Source: the human T2T-CHM13v2.0 reference genome, Homo sapiens. Taken from it: a stretch of DNA of 64,000 nt. The translations under genes and the position numbers were made by a program. The stretch's first letter is position 1. Each line of letters opens with the position of its first letter. The DNA is taken from assembly GCF_009914755.1 (NCBI RefSeq), contig NC_060933.1. One strand, 5' to 3'. The notes beneath the pieces are model-generated. The model did not search any database, was not told where the DNA came from, and was given only the letters and a program-made list of their open reading frames with translations. Shown here piece by piece: positions 31,928 through 47,700 of this stretch.

Positions 31928-32975
31928 TGTGCAATAATGGTAGCAAATATGGCATTTGCTATAATTATGGCATAATAGTAGGCTTGTTGCTGAATAAATG
32001 AGATTACTAATGATAATCTGTTTTCTTCAGTAGCGAAGTTGGTGTGCCTGTGATTTGTTGAGATTCATGTCAGTGTTCCTCAAGCAGTGACAACAACTGG
32101 TAGTACCCATAAAAATCCTTGCTGGAATGCTGTTTGAGATAGCTTTGTATTTTCCTAAGTTACTAAGGCATCAATGGAATATTTAGTTTAAATTAAATAT
32201 CATTATGAGAAAGTGTTTTTGTTTGTTTTTATGGTGGTGGAAACTTGTAGGAAGTAAGACATGAAAGACTCATCTGATCTAGATGACCTATTGAGATTTA
32301 TTTTAGTTTTACATGTTATAACCAGCAGAGGTTTCACAAATAACCTCTGTAGTATTATAATTCATATCTTATTCCAGTTACAGAAGAAAGCAGGATATTC
32401 ATTTTCTAACTTTTATGTTACTATATGCTTATTACGAGGAAAGCATATTAAGAAACAGACTTTCCCCTAAACAAACAAAACCCTAAAACAGCTGCCTGGC
32501 CTTTTCAATGGATTCTAATGATAGTAAAGTCCCTAATAATAGGAAGTTCAGACATTGAGAATTAGATATTCTCATTTAATGCAATCCGCTTTACCATGTA
32601 GAACAATGCACCCAGAGTCTTTAACCGTAATGTCAAAAAGGAGATAGGAAAACTCTTTTTCTTTGAAATACTGATTGTTCATTATTGAGAGTAGAAAGTA
32701 AAGTGATTGGATATTGAAGGATAATCAAGAATCTTTGGTATTATGCATATTTACAGTTCTGTAGAGATAGATTTCAAACACTGGTTAAGAGTGGTTAGAA
32801 TCTTAATTGCTTAAGAATTGTTAGAATCTTAAATATTTAGAAATTGAACATAGAGACCCTGTTGAAGAATGCCTGTAAAGTTGAATAATTCATTATATTA
32901 TAAATGAGTTCCTTTTGGCTGTTCAGCAATTTTGGCTTTTTCTACCTCTTTTCTTATGGCCATATCTTAATTTTT

Positions 32976-33274
32976 TTTTTTTTTTTTTTTGAGATGGATT
33001 CTCGCTCTGCCGCCCAGGCTGGAGCGCAGTGGCACGATCTCAGCTCACTGCAAGCTCCACCTCCCAGGTTCACACCATTCTCCTGCCTCAGCCTCCTGAA
33101 TAGCTGGGACTACAGGTGCCCACCACCATGCCCGGCTAATTTTTTTTTGTATTTTTAGTAGAGACGGAGTTTCACCATGTTAGCCAGGATGGTCTCGAAC
33201 TCCTAACCTTGTGATCCGGCTGCCTCGGCCTCCCAAAGTGCTAGGATTACAGGTGTGAGCCACCATACCCGGCC
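32976..33274 (-). mobile_element. AluY-like SINE
   Basis: gcaagctccacctcccaggttcacaccattctc diagnostic, poly-T tail, and TSD cttaattttt (32966-32975 / 33275-33284). Confidence 0.93.
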
Positions 33275-34331
33275 CTTAATTTTTATAAAAACAAAACTGT
33301 ACTTCGTAAGTGCTTAAAAAAAGTTAGCAACTTCAAAGATAAAATGCAAACAAAGCTAAAAAATAGATCATGTAATAAAAGAGCACCACATTAGGAATCT
33401 TTAGAGCTGAAGAATTAAAACACACTTGACACTTTCTTAATCTTCTTATTCTATTAATGTATGAAACCTAGAACTGGAAGCTTACTGGTATTTTTTCTGC
33501 ATTGTAATTATACTAATAAACATCTTTGACTGTCACCTTGGAATTTACAGTGCAATAGGAAAGATTTATTATAAGTCAATGCTTTAGAAGAAAAATGGGA
33601 TTATTGCACAAGTGGATTGCATGTTAAGCACATGTACCCGCATACCATTTGTTCCAGTTAGTTTTGAGCTTTAACTTGTCTTTAGGTTTTCTTTAAAAAA
33701 CAGAGAGGGTTCTTATTAAATTCAGACTCCTGACAGATCTTTGTAATATTATTGAGTCAACTACAAAGTAACTACTTTACCTTGAAATGTGCAAAAGGAA
33801 TCAATAGGCTTACAAAACTGCCTTTTAAAAAATGTTTGTAATCATATTTTTCCTGGTAGCCTGAATATCAATGTGTATGACCTTTCTTGGTTTCTTTCTT
33901 TCTTTGGTTTTGTTGCAATATTAAAGTCCCTTATAGTTAGAGGGTGTTTGAGTATTTTGGTTTTGATTTCTTTTTTTGTCCCCTGTGCCAGCATCTTACT
34001 TTTTTGTCTTTTTTGTTTGTTTGTTTGTTTTGGTAAAGAAGTACTACTTACAAGGAATTTTCCTTAGGGTGTCTTTATTTTTCAACTCAATCAACTTTTC
34101 CCATGATCTTCTTTTTCTTTTTGTTTTAAAGTCAAGTCTATAAAGAATTTTATTTTTTAAACTTTTGGTGTGAAATGCCATAGAAATGCCAAATAAATCT
34201 ACAGTGGACATTCAAATGGTGAGATACAAGTCAAATCCCTTTCTCCTTTAATTTGACCTTATCCAGCTGTGGTTGGCATTTGAGCTCTTTGTGTGCCTTC
34301 CTTAAATGAGGTTACATTTTCATTTGAAATA

Positions 34332-35365
<1,034 letters not shown>

Positions 35366-35774
35366 TATACATTTCCATCTGGAAACTGAAGTGTTCAAAT
35401 ATATGTAAACTATTTGGAATTTTGTAAATGATATTCATTTATGTTGTGCCACTTAAAATCTGTGAGTGAAGTTTATTTTTGCCATTGTTGAATAAGTCTT
35501 TCATTTCTTTAAATAATTTTCTCTGTAATTAGTTGAATTGGTAATATGCCAAAATACTTTATTAATACAAATATGCAATTTTATTATCTTATGACTTGTA
35601 TTTGCTTTAGTGGTTTGTTTTATTATTAACTACAGTGAGGATTCTTTGTAAACTTATAAACCTCCAATGTGGAGGCTTAAGGGACTATGTAAATTTTGTT
35701 AGCATTTGTCCTTGCATTAGATAAAAATAGCTAGGATTTATTTCCTTGCCACTTGGCTAAATAATTTGCAGATA

Positions 35775-35919
35775 ATAATTTCTCATCTAACTTTTAAAAC
35801 AATTTTAAAAATAAATATTATTACCCATCATTTGCAGATGAGGAAACAAAGGTATAGAGGATTTAACTTAGCCCAAGTTTCAGAGCTAGTAATTAGTGGA
35901 GCAAGGACCTGAACCCAGA
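35775..35919 (-). mobile_element. MIR
   Basis: tttgcagatgaggaaacaaagg...aacttagcccaag...agctagtaattagtggagcaaggacctgaacccag. Confidence 0.75.
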
Positions 35920-37415
35920 GATGTTTATTGAGAATGACAATACTGTAGTAAGACTTTCTCTCTTAGAAAAATTATTTTCTTTGAATGCACTACAAAAATG
36001 ACCCAGACTGTATAGTATAATTACAGATATTCCAAGGTTAACTATGAAAATACTTGTTGTTTCAGTGGGCCCAATTTTAAATTAATAAATAGTACATTGT
36101 AACCTAAAGGACTAATTAAAATTTGTTCACTTTTTGATCATGATTATTTTAGTTCTCATTAATCTGAGACTCAGCAATGGTTTTGTTTCAGAAATATTTA
36201 ATTTAATTGTCATCAATCATAGTAACCAACCTTAGAATATTACATTTGTAGTGGAATGAGGATAAATTTAAATGTCTCAGTCTTTGGAGGTAATTATCTA
36301 ATTATATGTTCATATTTCTAGCATGATTAAGTGGCAATGTTTAATTCATTTTAGAGGTAATTTTACCCCATGTGGGGATATGTATTCTAAATCATTATAC
36401 CTTTCTGTTTATAGAAAACATTTAATTAACATACTCAAGTTTTATTTGGAAGTTTAGTAATATTGCACTGTTATATCACATCACTACTTAAGATGTTATT
36501 TCGGAAAACACCATTATTTATTAATCTTAACAAATTGCATTTTATTTTAGTATATTCACAATTAAGAGGCTACCCAATGGATATGACTTTATAATGCTTT
36601 GATCTTATGGAGTGCTGGCGAGTATTATTTTCTATGTTTTAGTTCAGAAAATGTATAAAGTAGTATTAACCTTGATAAAATTAGAATGCCTGAAACTGCA
36701 AAGGGTAAAGCATATTTGTCAGTTTTATCTTGTGCTAGCAAAAGCCTGGCCAATTGCCAAAATGTGGTTAGGGACGTATATGCACTCTACAAGGATTATT
36801 GTTAAGGGCATCTACAAGGAAAATCACTATGATAGATGAAACAGGATGCTACTTTATGGTGGTTTTATCTTATTTTAGGAGTAAAATCAGAGTATCAAAG
36901 CAAACCAAAATCATCAAAATCATTTCTGTGATGGAAATAGAATTCATCTGTTTTTCTGATCTATGTCCTGTGACACAGAACATAGAGTCCTTGTGGAATT
37001 CAGAAAATCATTTATCTGTGAAGAATGTTGATTTGGGGTTTCTAAGCTGTGTCATGGCTAAAAGTCTTAAAAACAGGCAACTTTAATTGGGGAGAGGGTT
37101 TGACAAAATCCTGGGAATCAGATGGATATGTATTATGATGTGACTATTAGCTTAAGAAATACTAAGGCCCTATTTATTCCCTAGAGGGAAACAGGTCATT
37201 GAAATATTTCCCCCTCAAAGAGTTGAATAAATGATAGTGATTAAATTTAGTTGCATATTACATGTATTTGTATTTATTTACCATTTGATAAAATGTTATA
37301 TAACTGAGCAATTTCCTGTCTTTGTTTACTAGAGCACATTAAAAATCAGTTTTAATTACTATTATGATATCCTGTGTCTAAATTTAAGATTTTGTGATGA
37401 AAGTTGAGCTTATGA

Positions 37416-37748
<333 letters not shown>

Positions 37749-38179
37749 TAAAGTTTATACATATTATATTGAAAGTAATAAAAATATTAACAAGAAATAA
37801 GTGTTGTCATTACTATTTTGGTTTATGCCTTTCATATTTTTAAGTGTACCTATTTACATATATACATGCATATTAGTAATTTATCATATGTATATTAAAA
37901 ATAGTATGTTTTACAGTATGGTACCCCTCTTTATTTTGTTATTGTCTTCAATTTTTAATTATTAAATTATTTTTCTATAATGTCCTTATATTTACATACT
38001 CACCTAAGTCTCAGATGACTTGCTGTGATTTTAATATTTAATTAAACTTCATATCTTCCCCCAATGATCCAATATTAAATGAGCCTAGACACTGATTTTC
38101 TAAAGTATCTCCTGATGACTTCATAGTTATATAAATATTAAATTGCCAAATGTAGAAAAATGGGTTAAGATACCCTCTC

Positions 38180-38914
<735 letters not shown>

Positions 38915-39262
38915 GGTAACTTATCTTTTTCATTATATAATGTATAGAAATAATTAATCTTCTTTCTAGTTAGCCACATTGGCCAAATTTGGTGTAACTT
39001 GACATTTTAACATCTGCAACCCTCTTCACTAGTTTGGTCAGTAGGGTTGAAAATAGTTATCTCCGGGAGTCATATGTCTGGTTGATGCTTTTCTCTCTTG
39101 TTCTAGAGGTTTTTTAAGTATAAAAGAAAAAGATTCTTCCGTGTATTATGCTGTTTGTTGTTTAAGAAAATTTGAACGTTCTACAATATGTACTCAGTGT
39201 CCACCACATTCCACAGAGCATTTTCTAGGCTCCAGAAGCCATATTCCTGACATTTTAAAGCA

Positions 39263-39281
39263 TCACCACTAGATGGCGATC
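39263..39281 (+). promoter_or_regulatory. Candidate CTCF binding site
   Basis: TCACCACTAGATGGCGATC contains the CCACTAGATGGCG core of the CTCF consensus, in unique sequence with the CpG retained. Confidence 0.6.
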
Positions 39282-40634
39282 TCGCTCATTAAGAAGGTTA
39301 GAACAACTATGTTTTTCTTCAGGTGAATGGGTTGGTTACAGAGGGATCAGAAGTGTAAATTATACTAATTTTATAGCAAGCTCTTTGTAACCAAAATGGT
39401 ACTATTTACTGAGTATGTATATATTCATGTACATATATACACATACACCCTTATACAGGAAAATTCCATTTGAAGAAAACCTATAAAATGCTATGTTTTG
39501 CTATGTTACTTCCCCAGAATATATATTTTTCAGCTATTACTGCCTGAACAAATACAGGGGTTTTCATAAGCACAATTCCTCAAGAAACTGCCCAGAGGCT
39601 TGAGTCCATCCCTCTGCCTTGTCCCAACAGTACTTTGAATATGCTTCCAACTGTTGCTGAAACTGGTTGATTTAGTTGTGAGCCTTCATCTTTGTTTTAA
39701 CAACTCTGTATTACTCAGCTTCACTCTCTTTTTCTTTAATTAATACAAGTGAAGAGTGGTTAAAAATTATATATTTCACTCAGATATGTTAAAAAATAAC
39801 TTTCATGGTTTATTGCACGATGGGAAAGCCGGTACCAACCCTTTTAGAAAGCCTTTTAGAAATCTCACTCAGTGGTTATTGCCAGTGGTAACTTTGTTCT
39901 ACCCTCTTTTACTTCAAAACAACACAACTTAATAACCGAAAACATTTTAAAACCATAGCCGAAATAGTGTAGTTCTCCTTATAAAACAATTACTGAGTTC
40001 AATTGTTAATCCTCTTTTTGGTGTTCCTAAAATAATATTCTTTTCATTTATTTCTGCTATGATGTAGGGTTTATGGCTCTCTATCATATAATTCATATAC
40101 CTTGTAGGATTTAATAATTAATGGAAATAGAAAATATATGGCTAGAATGTGCGTTTATAGGAAGTAAATATTTAATATATACTCTGAGTAACGTAAAAGT
40201 AAATTTTGATATAATACTCTAGCATATTAAGGAAAACTATTATAAGCCAGTTCTTTGAAAATCATTTTTAACATAGTATATCATTGTATCTTTTACTCAC
40301 AGGTGAAATCATATTAAACCTTGGTTAGAATTCTTCTGAAGGTTTAAATGAGCTATGATGATATAGCCAGAATGACCTCTTGTATTTCTTTAATTAGACA
40401 GTTATAGTTTATATATATGATTCCCAAACAGATCAAAGAGGGCTGCTTCACAGCCTAGAATCCTTCAGAAGCTTCCCATGGCCTTCTATTACAATAGTTG
40501 GCAAGTATATTTAGCCAAAGAACCCTTTCTTTAAAAAAATCTTCCACAAAGTTCATAGAAAACATTAAAGCAAATTCCAGTTTAAAGAAGGATGGGAGTT
40601 GGGAGTCCACTAATTCAAGCATCCTCTTCAAATT

Positions 40635-40731
40635 TTGCCCAGGCTGGTCTTGAACTCCTGGCCTCAAGCAATCTGCCCACCTCAGCCGCCCAAAGTGCTG
40701 AGATTACAGGCATTCACCACCACGCCTGGCT
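40635..40731 (-). mobile_element. Partial Alu left monomer (FLAM/AluJ-like)
   Basis: ttgcccaggctggtcttgaactcctggcctcaagcaatc...ccacgcctggct. Confidence 0.85.
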
Positions 40732-41399
40732 GGATACCAGTTTTTTAAAGATGACATTTTTGATTTAAATTAGGCACATAAGTGTCTTCTTACATAGCAG
40801 CTAAGATCTCCCTAACTAGGAAGAGGTAGCTACAGATGCTGTATTATTGAGCTTGGTATCTTGATATACTGTTGTGATAGGGTGGGTTGCTGTTACAAAT
40901 ATTAAAAAGGTGATACTATGCTAGGCAGTCAAATTTTAAGATCTACAGGGAAAGTTAAGTGCTGTTGTTGCCAACTTATAAAGGAAAGGTAAATAAGTCC
41001 ATTGCTTTTTGAAAGGTTAAAAAAAGCAACAGCCCAATGTGTCTTGAGTTATATAAAATTCTATACTACAATGGAGTGCTGTACAATTCATCATTTCTTT
41101 ACAAATATTTATTTTTTATTAGTACATTTAATAAGTGATGACAGTGATCCTACTTTCACACAAGGGATCTTGAGTTGTACATTCTTCAATGTTTGATGTT
41201 GAAAGTGTATCCTTAAATAATACTGAAGCTCTTATTGGACTTTAATATAAGTAGAAAGTAACCATTTAAATATATTAAAGTACCTTACTAACTTTATGGA
41301 GTTTGATAAATAAGAGAAATATTGGTTTTACATTTCCATGGTGATTTCCCAGTTAGTAGATTTTATGGAAAATCTGAAGACGTTGTTACTAATACTACT

Positions 41400-41600
41400 G
41401 TAGTACAGAGTTTAGAGGAAGGTTTTAGATTCAGAAGAAGGGCTCACATTTTGACATAAACCTATTTACTAGTTCCATGACTTTGGGGAAATAACTTTTC
41501 TGATTCTTAGTTTTCTCATGTAAAACAGGAATGGTAATACTATATACCTCACTGGATTATAAAGAATCAAATGAACTAATGTAATTATAATATGCTTGAG
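41400..41600 (+). mobile_element. MIR
   Basis: tttactagttccatgactttggggaaataactt...ttagttttctcatgtaaaacaggaatggtaatac...aatcaaatga. Confidence 0.65.
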
Positions 41601-44600
41601 TTATAATGATAATAATGACACTTAGTTGTTACTGAAGTAATTTTCCCCCCTAGTGATTATAAGGGAAATAACAACAGCAGTTATAATGGCCAGCATTTGT
41701 TGAATACTTACAATATGAGAGGCACTGTTCTGTGTGTACAAGAAAATATGTGGAACACTCCCCATAGTGAAAGTTAGCAAACATTTGCTGTCTAGAATTT
41801 TTTCCCCCATGGACGTACTTCTAAAATTAAGATAGAAATCAGTAGTAAAATACTTAATGCACAGAAAATCATCCAGTGAAGAAACTTTTAAGAAAAAACT
41901 CAAAACTTTGTTTTATTTACATTTAAGTCTAAAATAACCTAAATTTATTTTCCCAATTTTAAATTTGACCTTCAAATTCCTTAAATAATTGAATTTTATT
42001 GAGTTGGTATTTGATTTACTTTTATTAAAAGTAGTTAATATATAACATATTCACGTTAAATAATGGCCATTTAAATTCTGTAGTACAGTGAAAATATTAA
42101 TGTAAGAGTATTTTAATTATTAATAGGCTTATTTACCCTATTATTCACTTCTATCACCAAAACAATTCTCGAAGTTGAAAGATTTTTTTCAACAAAGTTT
42201 TTTATTTAAATATTAGAAACCCAACTATATGAAGCCCTTTATAAATTATTCACATTTTTTCAAATTCTTTTCAGACATTTGTTTTAGGTAATTCTCAAAT
42301 GATTTTAAAACAGCATTTAAATTCTAAATGATAGTTTTTTACAACTTAATTCATAGCTCGACTCGTTTAAAATATTGCCAGGGAATTCAGCAATTTTTTG
42401 GACCTCCACATAGCTGGGGTTGTCAGCTCTGGGAAGTTTTTGAGTATGCTATAGCTGATAAGGTCCAACAGAAGAGCCCATGTGTATTCTGTCCCCTTGT
42501 ATTTATTAGGTATTTGCCAAGAGAATGTAGAGGTCATATAAGAGCTGATTTTGTTATAGCAGCATCATGATGGTTGTCATCTGCAGGTAGTTTCTGTCTC
42601 ATGAGGTCTGCAGTGCAGCCAAACTCAGTTTGCTTTATACTCAGAAAACATTACTGTCACATTACTGCTTACATGTCGTGTGTCACAATAAATCTAGCTA
42701 CCACTTTTCTATTTTGTACTTTTCTGAGTATATTTTCCAGTTGAGAGGGTTTTTGTGGTTCTCTTTACTATCCTCCTTTTTTTTTGTCATTTAAAATGTG
42801 TAACTATTTCTTTTCCACTTTACTTCACTGTTATACATTTAGTCTATCACAAAGAGTTTTGTGCTTTATATGCGAGGCTTAGAACAAATAGCATTCAATA
42901 TATTTTGAATACTCTTATGAAGTTCCTTTTTATTCCATTATATTTTATTATTGATCACTTTCAGTTAGTTTACTGGGAAGAATTAGCTTTTTTATTTTAT
43001 ATTGACACCATTTAGGAAGACATTTTCAAAGGCATATATGAGAATATGGTACAGATAATCATGAGGCATTATACAACAAAATCTTACAGCATACTTGGAA
43101 ATTTTTAAGGTGAATTTCCATTGCTCATTTGCCCCATTTGTTGTTAATCATCTGTCACATGGCCTATTTATAAAAGTAACGTATTTTACACTCTTCTTTG
43201 TTAATTTCCTTTTATCTTTTTCATGTGTGATAAAATAATTTTAAAAATTATACGTATTTGTATGTATATATAAGTAAATAAATGAGGCAGAAATAATATA
43301 GGCACTCATAAGTTGTCATATATAGGTGGAGATTTAAAGAACAGTCTGTAATGACGTTACATGTAGAAGTGTAATTATTAATCCTGCCTTTTACATTTAT
43401 GTAGTCTTTTACAGTTTATAGGATACCTTAACATCTGTTGCCTTACTAGACATGTGAGTTCTAACTAAGACTGCCATTTATTTAACCCTGAAAGTGGGTA
43501 AGTTATTTGAGTTTCAGCTTCAGTTTATAAATATGTCACCTACTTTCTGTGTAGGTATTACTAGAAAACAATAAAAGATAGTATCCCTAAGGAAGATTAA
43601 TTTAAATTACATAACTTTGTATTTAAATTCCTCATATAAAATATAAGATACCAAGATCGAAATTTATTCAGATATAAACTGTACTATATACCAACATCTT
43701 TTATTGTTGTATTTTTATTGTAAATTATCTAATTGTTTATCTTACAGATTTTCTGGCTTTATTATAAAATATATTATTCTTTAGTTTCATTCCTAACTTG
43801 CTTACCCAGCCCTATTGTAAATTTGGTTGTTGTATCATTTTATGTTTATAGTTTCTGTGACAACCTGTACAGTTTGATCCACCTAGCAAGTATTTAATTA
43901 ATTCTTGATTAATATAATTTTTTAGTTGTTACATAACAGTAGGGCTGAAGACAGCCTTATTTCCTTTTCAAACATTAATTTTACTAAGCTTTTTAACCAA
44001 ATTTATTGCAATCTAGAGATGTTTAAAGGAACAGTCAGTCAGCAATAAATTTATTTTTCTTTAAATGTTATCTTTTTTCCCCCTGCAAGGAAATGTAACC
44101 TAGTTCTTATAACACTTGTGTTGTCTTGCCTTTCATTTTGTATGACTAACTTTTTATACCAAATTGAATAAGCCATTAGCTTTTAGTGTGTAGGAATGTA
44201 GATCCATAGATATTTCCCATTAGACAAAAGAAAATCTATAAAAGCAATATCCCCTGGGGCTTGGTCTTCTTAGCGGCCTAATGGTCTAAAGCACTGCTAT
44301 ACTGTACCCTTATGAGAAAGAACTATGTTGGGTGATTCGCTTGGCATCCAGAAATATTAGTTGAAGAGATATGCATACCCTTTAAGATAACTTTAACGTT
44401 TGTACTGTACCACATTTATTAATTAAATATTCCAATTCAGGGAATTCATTCATAAATTTTTTATTTCAAAAATCATTTCTAAACAGAATGATACACTTTG
44501 TATATCTTATGCAGTTTTCAACTAGAGTTTGCTGAAACTGAGAGATAATATTATTTAGATAGCCACATTGTTTTGATAAGGTTTTTTTTCTAAAGAATTT

Positions 44601-44619
44601 TACTTCAAAAAAGACCTCT

Positions 44620-44728
44620 ATTGGTGATAGTTGTACAACTCTGTGAATACGTACTGAATTGTACACCTTAAAAGAGTGAATTGTTTAGTATGTGGATTAC
44701 ATCTCAATAAAGCTGTTATTTAAAAAAA
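44620..44728 (+). mobile_element. Short L1M(B/E) 3' terminus
   Basis: ggtgatagttgtacaactctgtgaata...actgaattgtacac...catctcaataaagctgtt followed by an A tail. Confidence 0.75.
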
Positions 44729-47700
44729 TTTTCATTGCACAAAATGTTTTCATAGGTGAGAGATAATAGAATTTCAATTTATTTTATAATTAATTAAAAA
44801 TTATTAGCCTTAATAAACGTTTGAAGCTTTAGAAATATAATATTATGTATGACTTAAAATAATTTTTGCTGTTATTCACTAGTAATACATGCTTATTATA
44901 GAAACTTCAGGAACTATGGATAAGAAAAAATACATTGAAAAAATGTGTGGGTCATTTAATATTCACATTTAACATGTATTCTATTCCTAAGCTTTTACTA
45001 TACTTCACTACTTCCTTTGTATCCATACTTTTCCTGCCAGCTTTCATTAATAGTAAATAGCTTTTCATGATCATTTCTGGAAACAATCAAATGTAAGTAT
45101 TTTCTTATAGGAGTAGTTAAGTGAAAGCATTGGTTTTTTCTTCCTTAACAGAGAAAATGAAGGTAAGCAATGACATCATTATCTAAAAAGAAATGCAATA
45201 AAGATATTATATAATAGCTTTTGAAATACAGTCATTTTGGGATACCATTGTAAAAATTTGCTTTAAAACATTTTGGATTTAAAAGGAAAACTGGAAATCT
45301 TTGATAAATAATATTGTGACATTGGTTCTTGTGTAGGTAGAATATTTTTTTCTGCTCTTTAAAAGACTCTTGTTATCATATCTAGCCTTAACTTTCTAAC
45401 AGCTAAAATTGTTCACAACACTGTTTAAAGATAAATTCAGTATCAGGCTTTGAATTTTTTTTTCTTGGTAAGTATTAAGACCTGAGTACAAAATGAGGGC
45501 TGTATTGTGGATTAAGTGAAATATCTCAAGGCTGTGCTGTTCTGATAACTGAACCTGAAGTGACCTTTCTCAGACACAATTACAGAGCTGTATGTTTTTC
45601 CTTTAATTTCATCAGGGGTTTAATTAGTATACAAATAAAACTTCCCTTATCTTCCTTTCTACCTAATTGGCTTGTCTTCACTTATATATGAAGTATGTGA
45701 AAGTGGGCTGTAATTAGGGTGACCGTGTTAACCTTTTTTCCTCAAATGTACTGTTGCTTAAAGGCCTCAAGGCCTAAAAACAGTGCTTTGGATTATTGCT
45801 TTGCAATCACTATGGCTGTCCCATAGGTTTTCTCATGAGCAGAAGGGCTTTGGGTGCTGCAGGTTCCCACTGCTTAACAGGATCTTCATTCTTCTCCCCA
45901 CTAAATGTTTATTGATTATCTCGCTGTTCCAGGCTCAGCCTCCAACAACTTAATATCAGGTGACAGTCAGGAGAGTTCTCCAAGTAATTAGAGTTGAGCA
46001 TTGGGGGAACAATTAGGAGCAGAGTTATTAAACTTGATTTATCCTATTCTCTCCTGAACAGTTTCTTGGATATCAGAACATCACACTTTCACAATCTACC
46101 CTGGTTGAGAAATTAGTGGCTAACCTGCTGCTTATCATTGTTGCCTTGTTGCCTAGAGGCGCGCCCTCTTGGTTTGTCATTCAGTTGGAAATATTAGAGT
46201 CCATAAAGTTTATCATGGGTTTTAATTAGATCAATCTGAACAGGAGAAAAGAAAAGCTGAATTTAAAATTATATGTGATATATGGATATATATTTATAAA
46301 TATATATGTGATGTGTATATGTATGTAAATATATATACACAAATATATTTTTCTTTAAAGCTCAGTGTTAGGATTTTTAAATATTCTGTTTTTGTTATTT
46401 AAAAAAGGTTAAGTATTAGGGAAAAGACGTATTCTTGAATCACGGTTTATGTCTTGGTGTTTTACACACATCCCCATCAATCTTAGGACCCACTGATGTA
46501 TTTTATGATGTCATTCTCCTCTTTTCAAATGAGAATTCTATGTCTATAAGTTATAAAACTGTGATCTTTTTTCCAAAAAAACTATATTTTTGTTTTCATA
46601 CTCAAGGAAGTATGAATTATATCACTTTGTTTATACCACTTTTTGTTTCTTTTCTATGCCCCTGAAATAGTATAAGCTTTAGAAGAGTTTGATGACTCCT
46701 GTCGTTGCCCCTGAGACATGAAAATGAAAGAATGGAAACGAGAAGATTTAGCTATGTAGTAGAAATTCTAATGTTATGAGGTATATCTTCTTTGAAAGTA
46801 TATGATAGGATTGTTGAAAAGTCAAGTGTGGGTTTATGATAATTTCAAAGTCATGGATTCCCTGAGATTGGATCAGGAAGCTTCAGTCTGGATAAGGTTA
46901 GAGATAATATACTGAATGCTGGATAGTCCCCTCACCAATATGCACCTCTAGTCATAAGAGTTATTGAGCAGAAGAATTTGAATGGACTGGCACAAATGTA
47001 TTGTTTTTGTTGGAAGAACTCAAGCTTTATCCATAACTGGTGTTGGATCATTAGTTTGATCTTCATATTTGAAAAATTGATTTTTTTGTTGCTTGAAAGA
47101 TGTCAGAAATGCTGACTTTAAAAGGAACTCAAAAGGATTTTACTTTTTTAAATAAAGAAATCTTATAATGCTTTAGTGTCTTTATCTTAGCATTGGCACA
47201 AAATTAGTAGGTTTAGCGTGGTTTTAAAAATTTATTCTTTGCCATCTTTTTAAAGTTGGTTTGAATCAGTGACTATTTCTGTGGTGGAACGTTTGTGAAG
47301 ATCTGTTAATAGTGAAGATTTAAAACAAAATACAATGTCTCATAAGTAGTCATAGTTTGTTTAATTTTTTGATTTATATTTGTTTGACGGTAACTCGACT
47401 ATTTGAAAAGTGAATGACTGAATTTTAAAACTTTCAACATTTAAAAATACCTGGTTTGACTGATGATGGCTTGCAGTTCACCAGCATTTAGAGGGAATTA
47501 ATTGGTTTAACATGTATGCAGCTTAAGTTTTTTATACTATTCTTTTTTTTATACTACCCATTGTGAATGCACTAAAAGAATACTGTTAGAAGAGTTTTAC
47601 ACATGAAATTATAACATTTTTGTTTATTCTTTACTAGATATTTGAAGCACAGTGTGGATGTTAATGTGTGGCTAAACTGAGCAAGAAGAAAACATTATGT

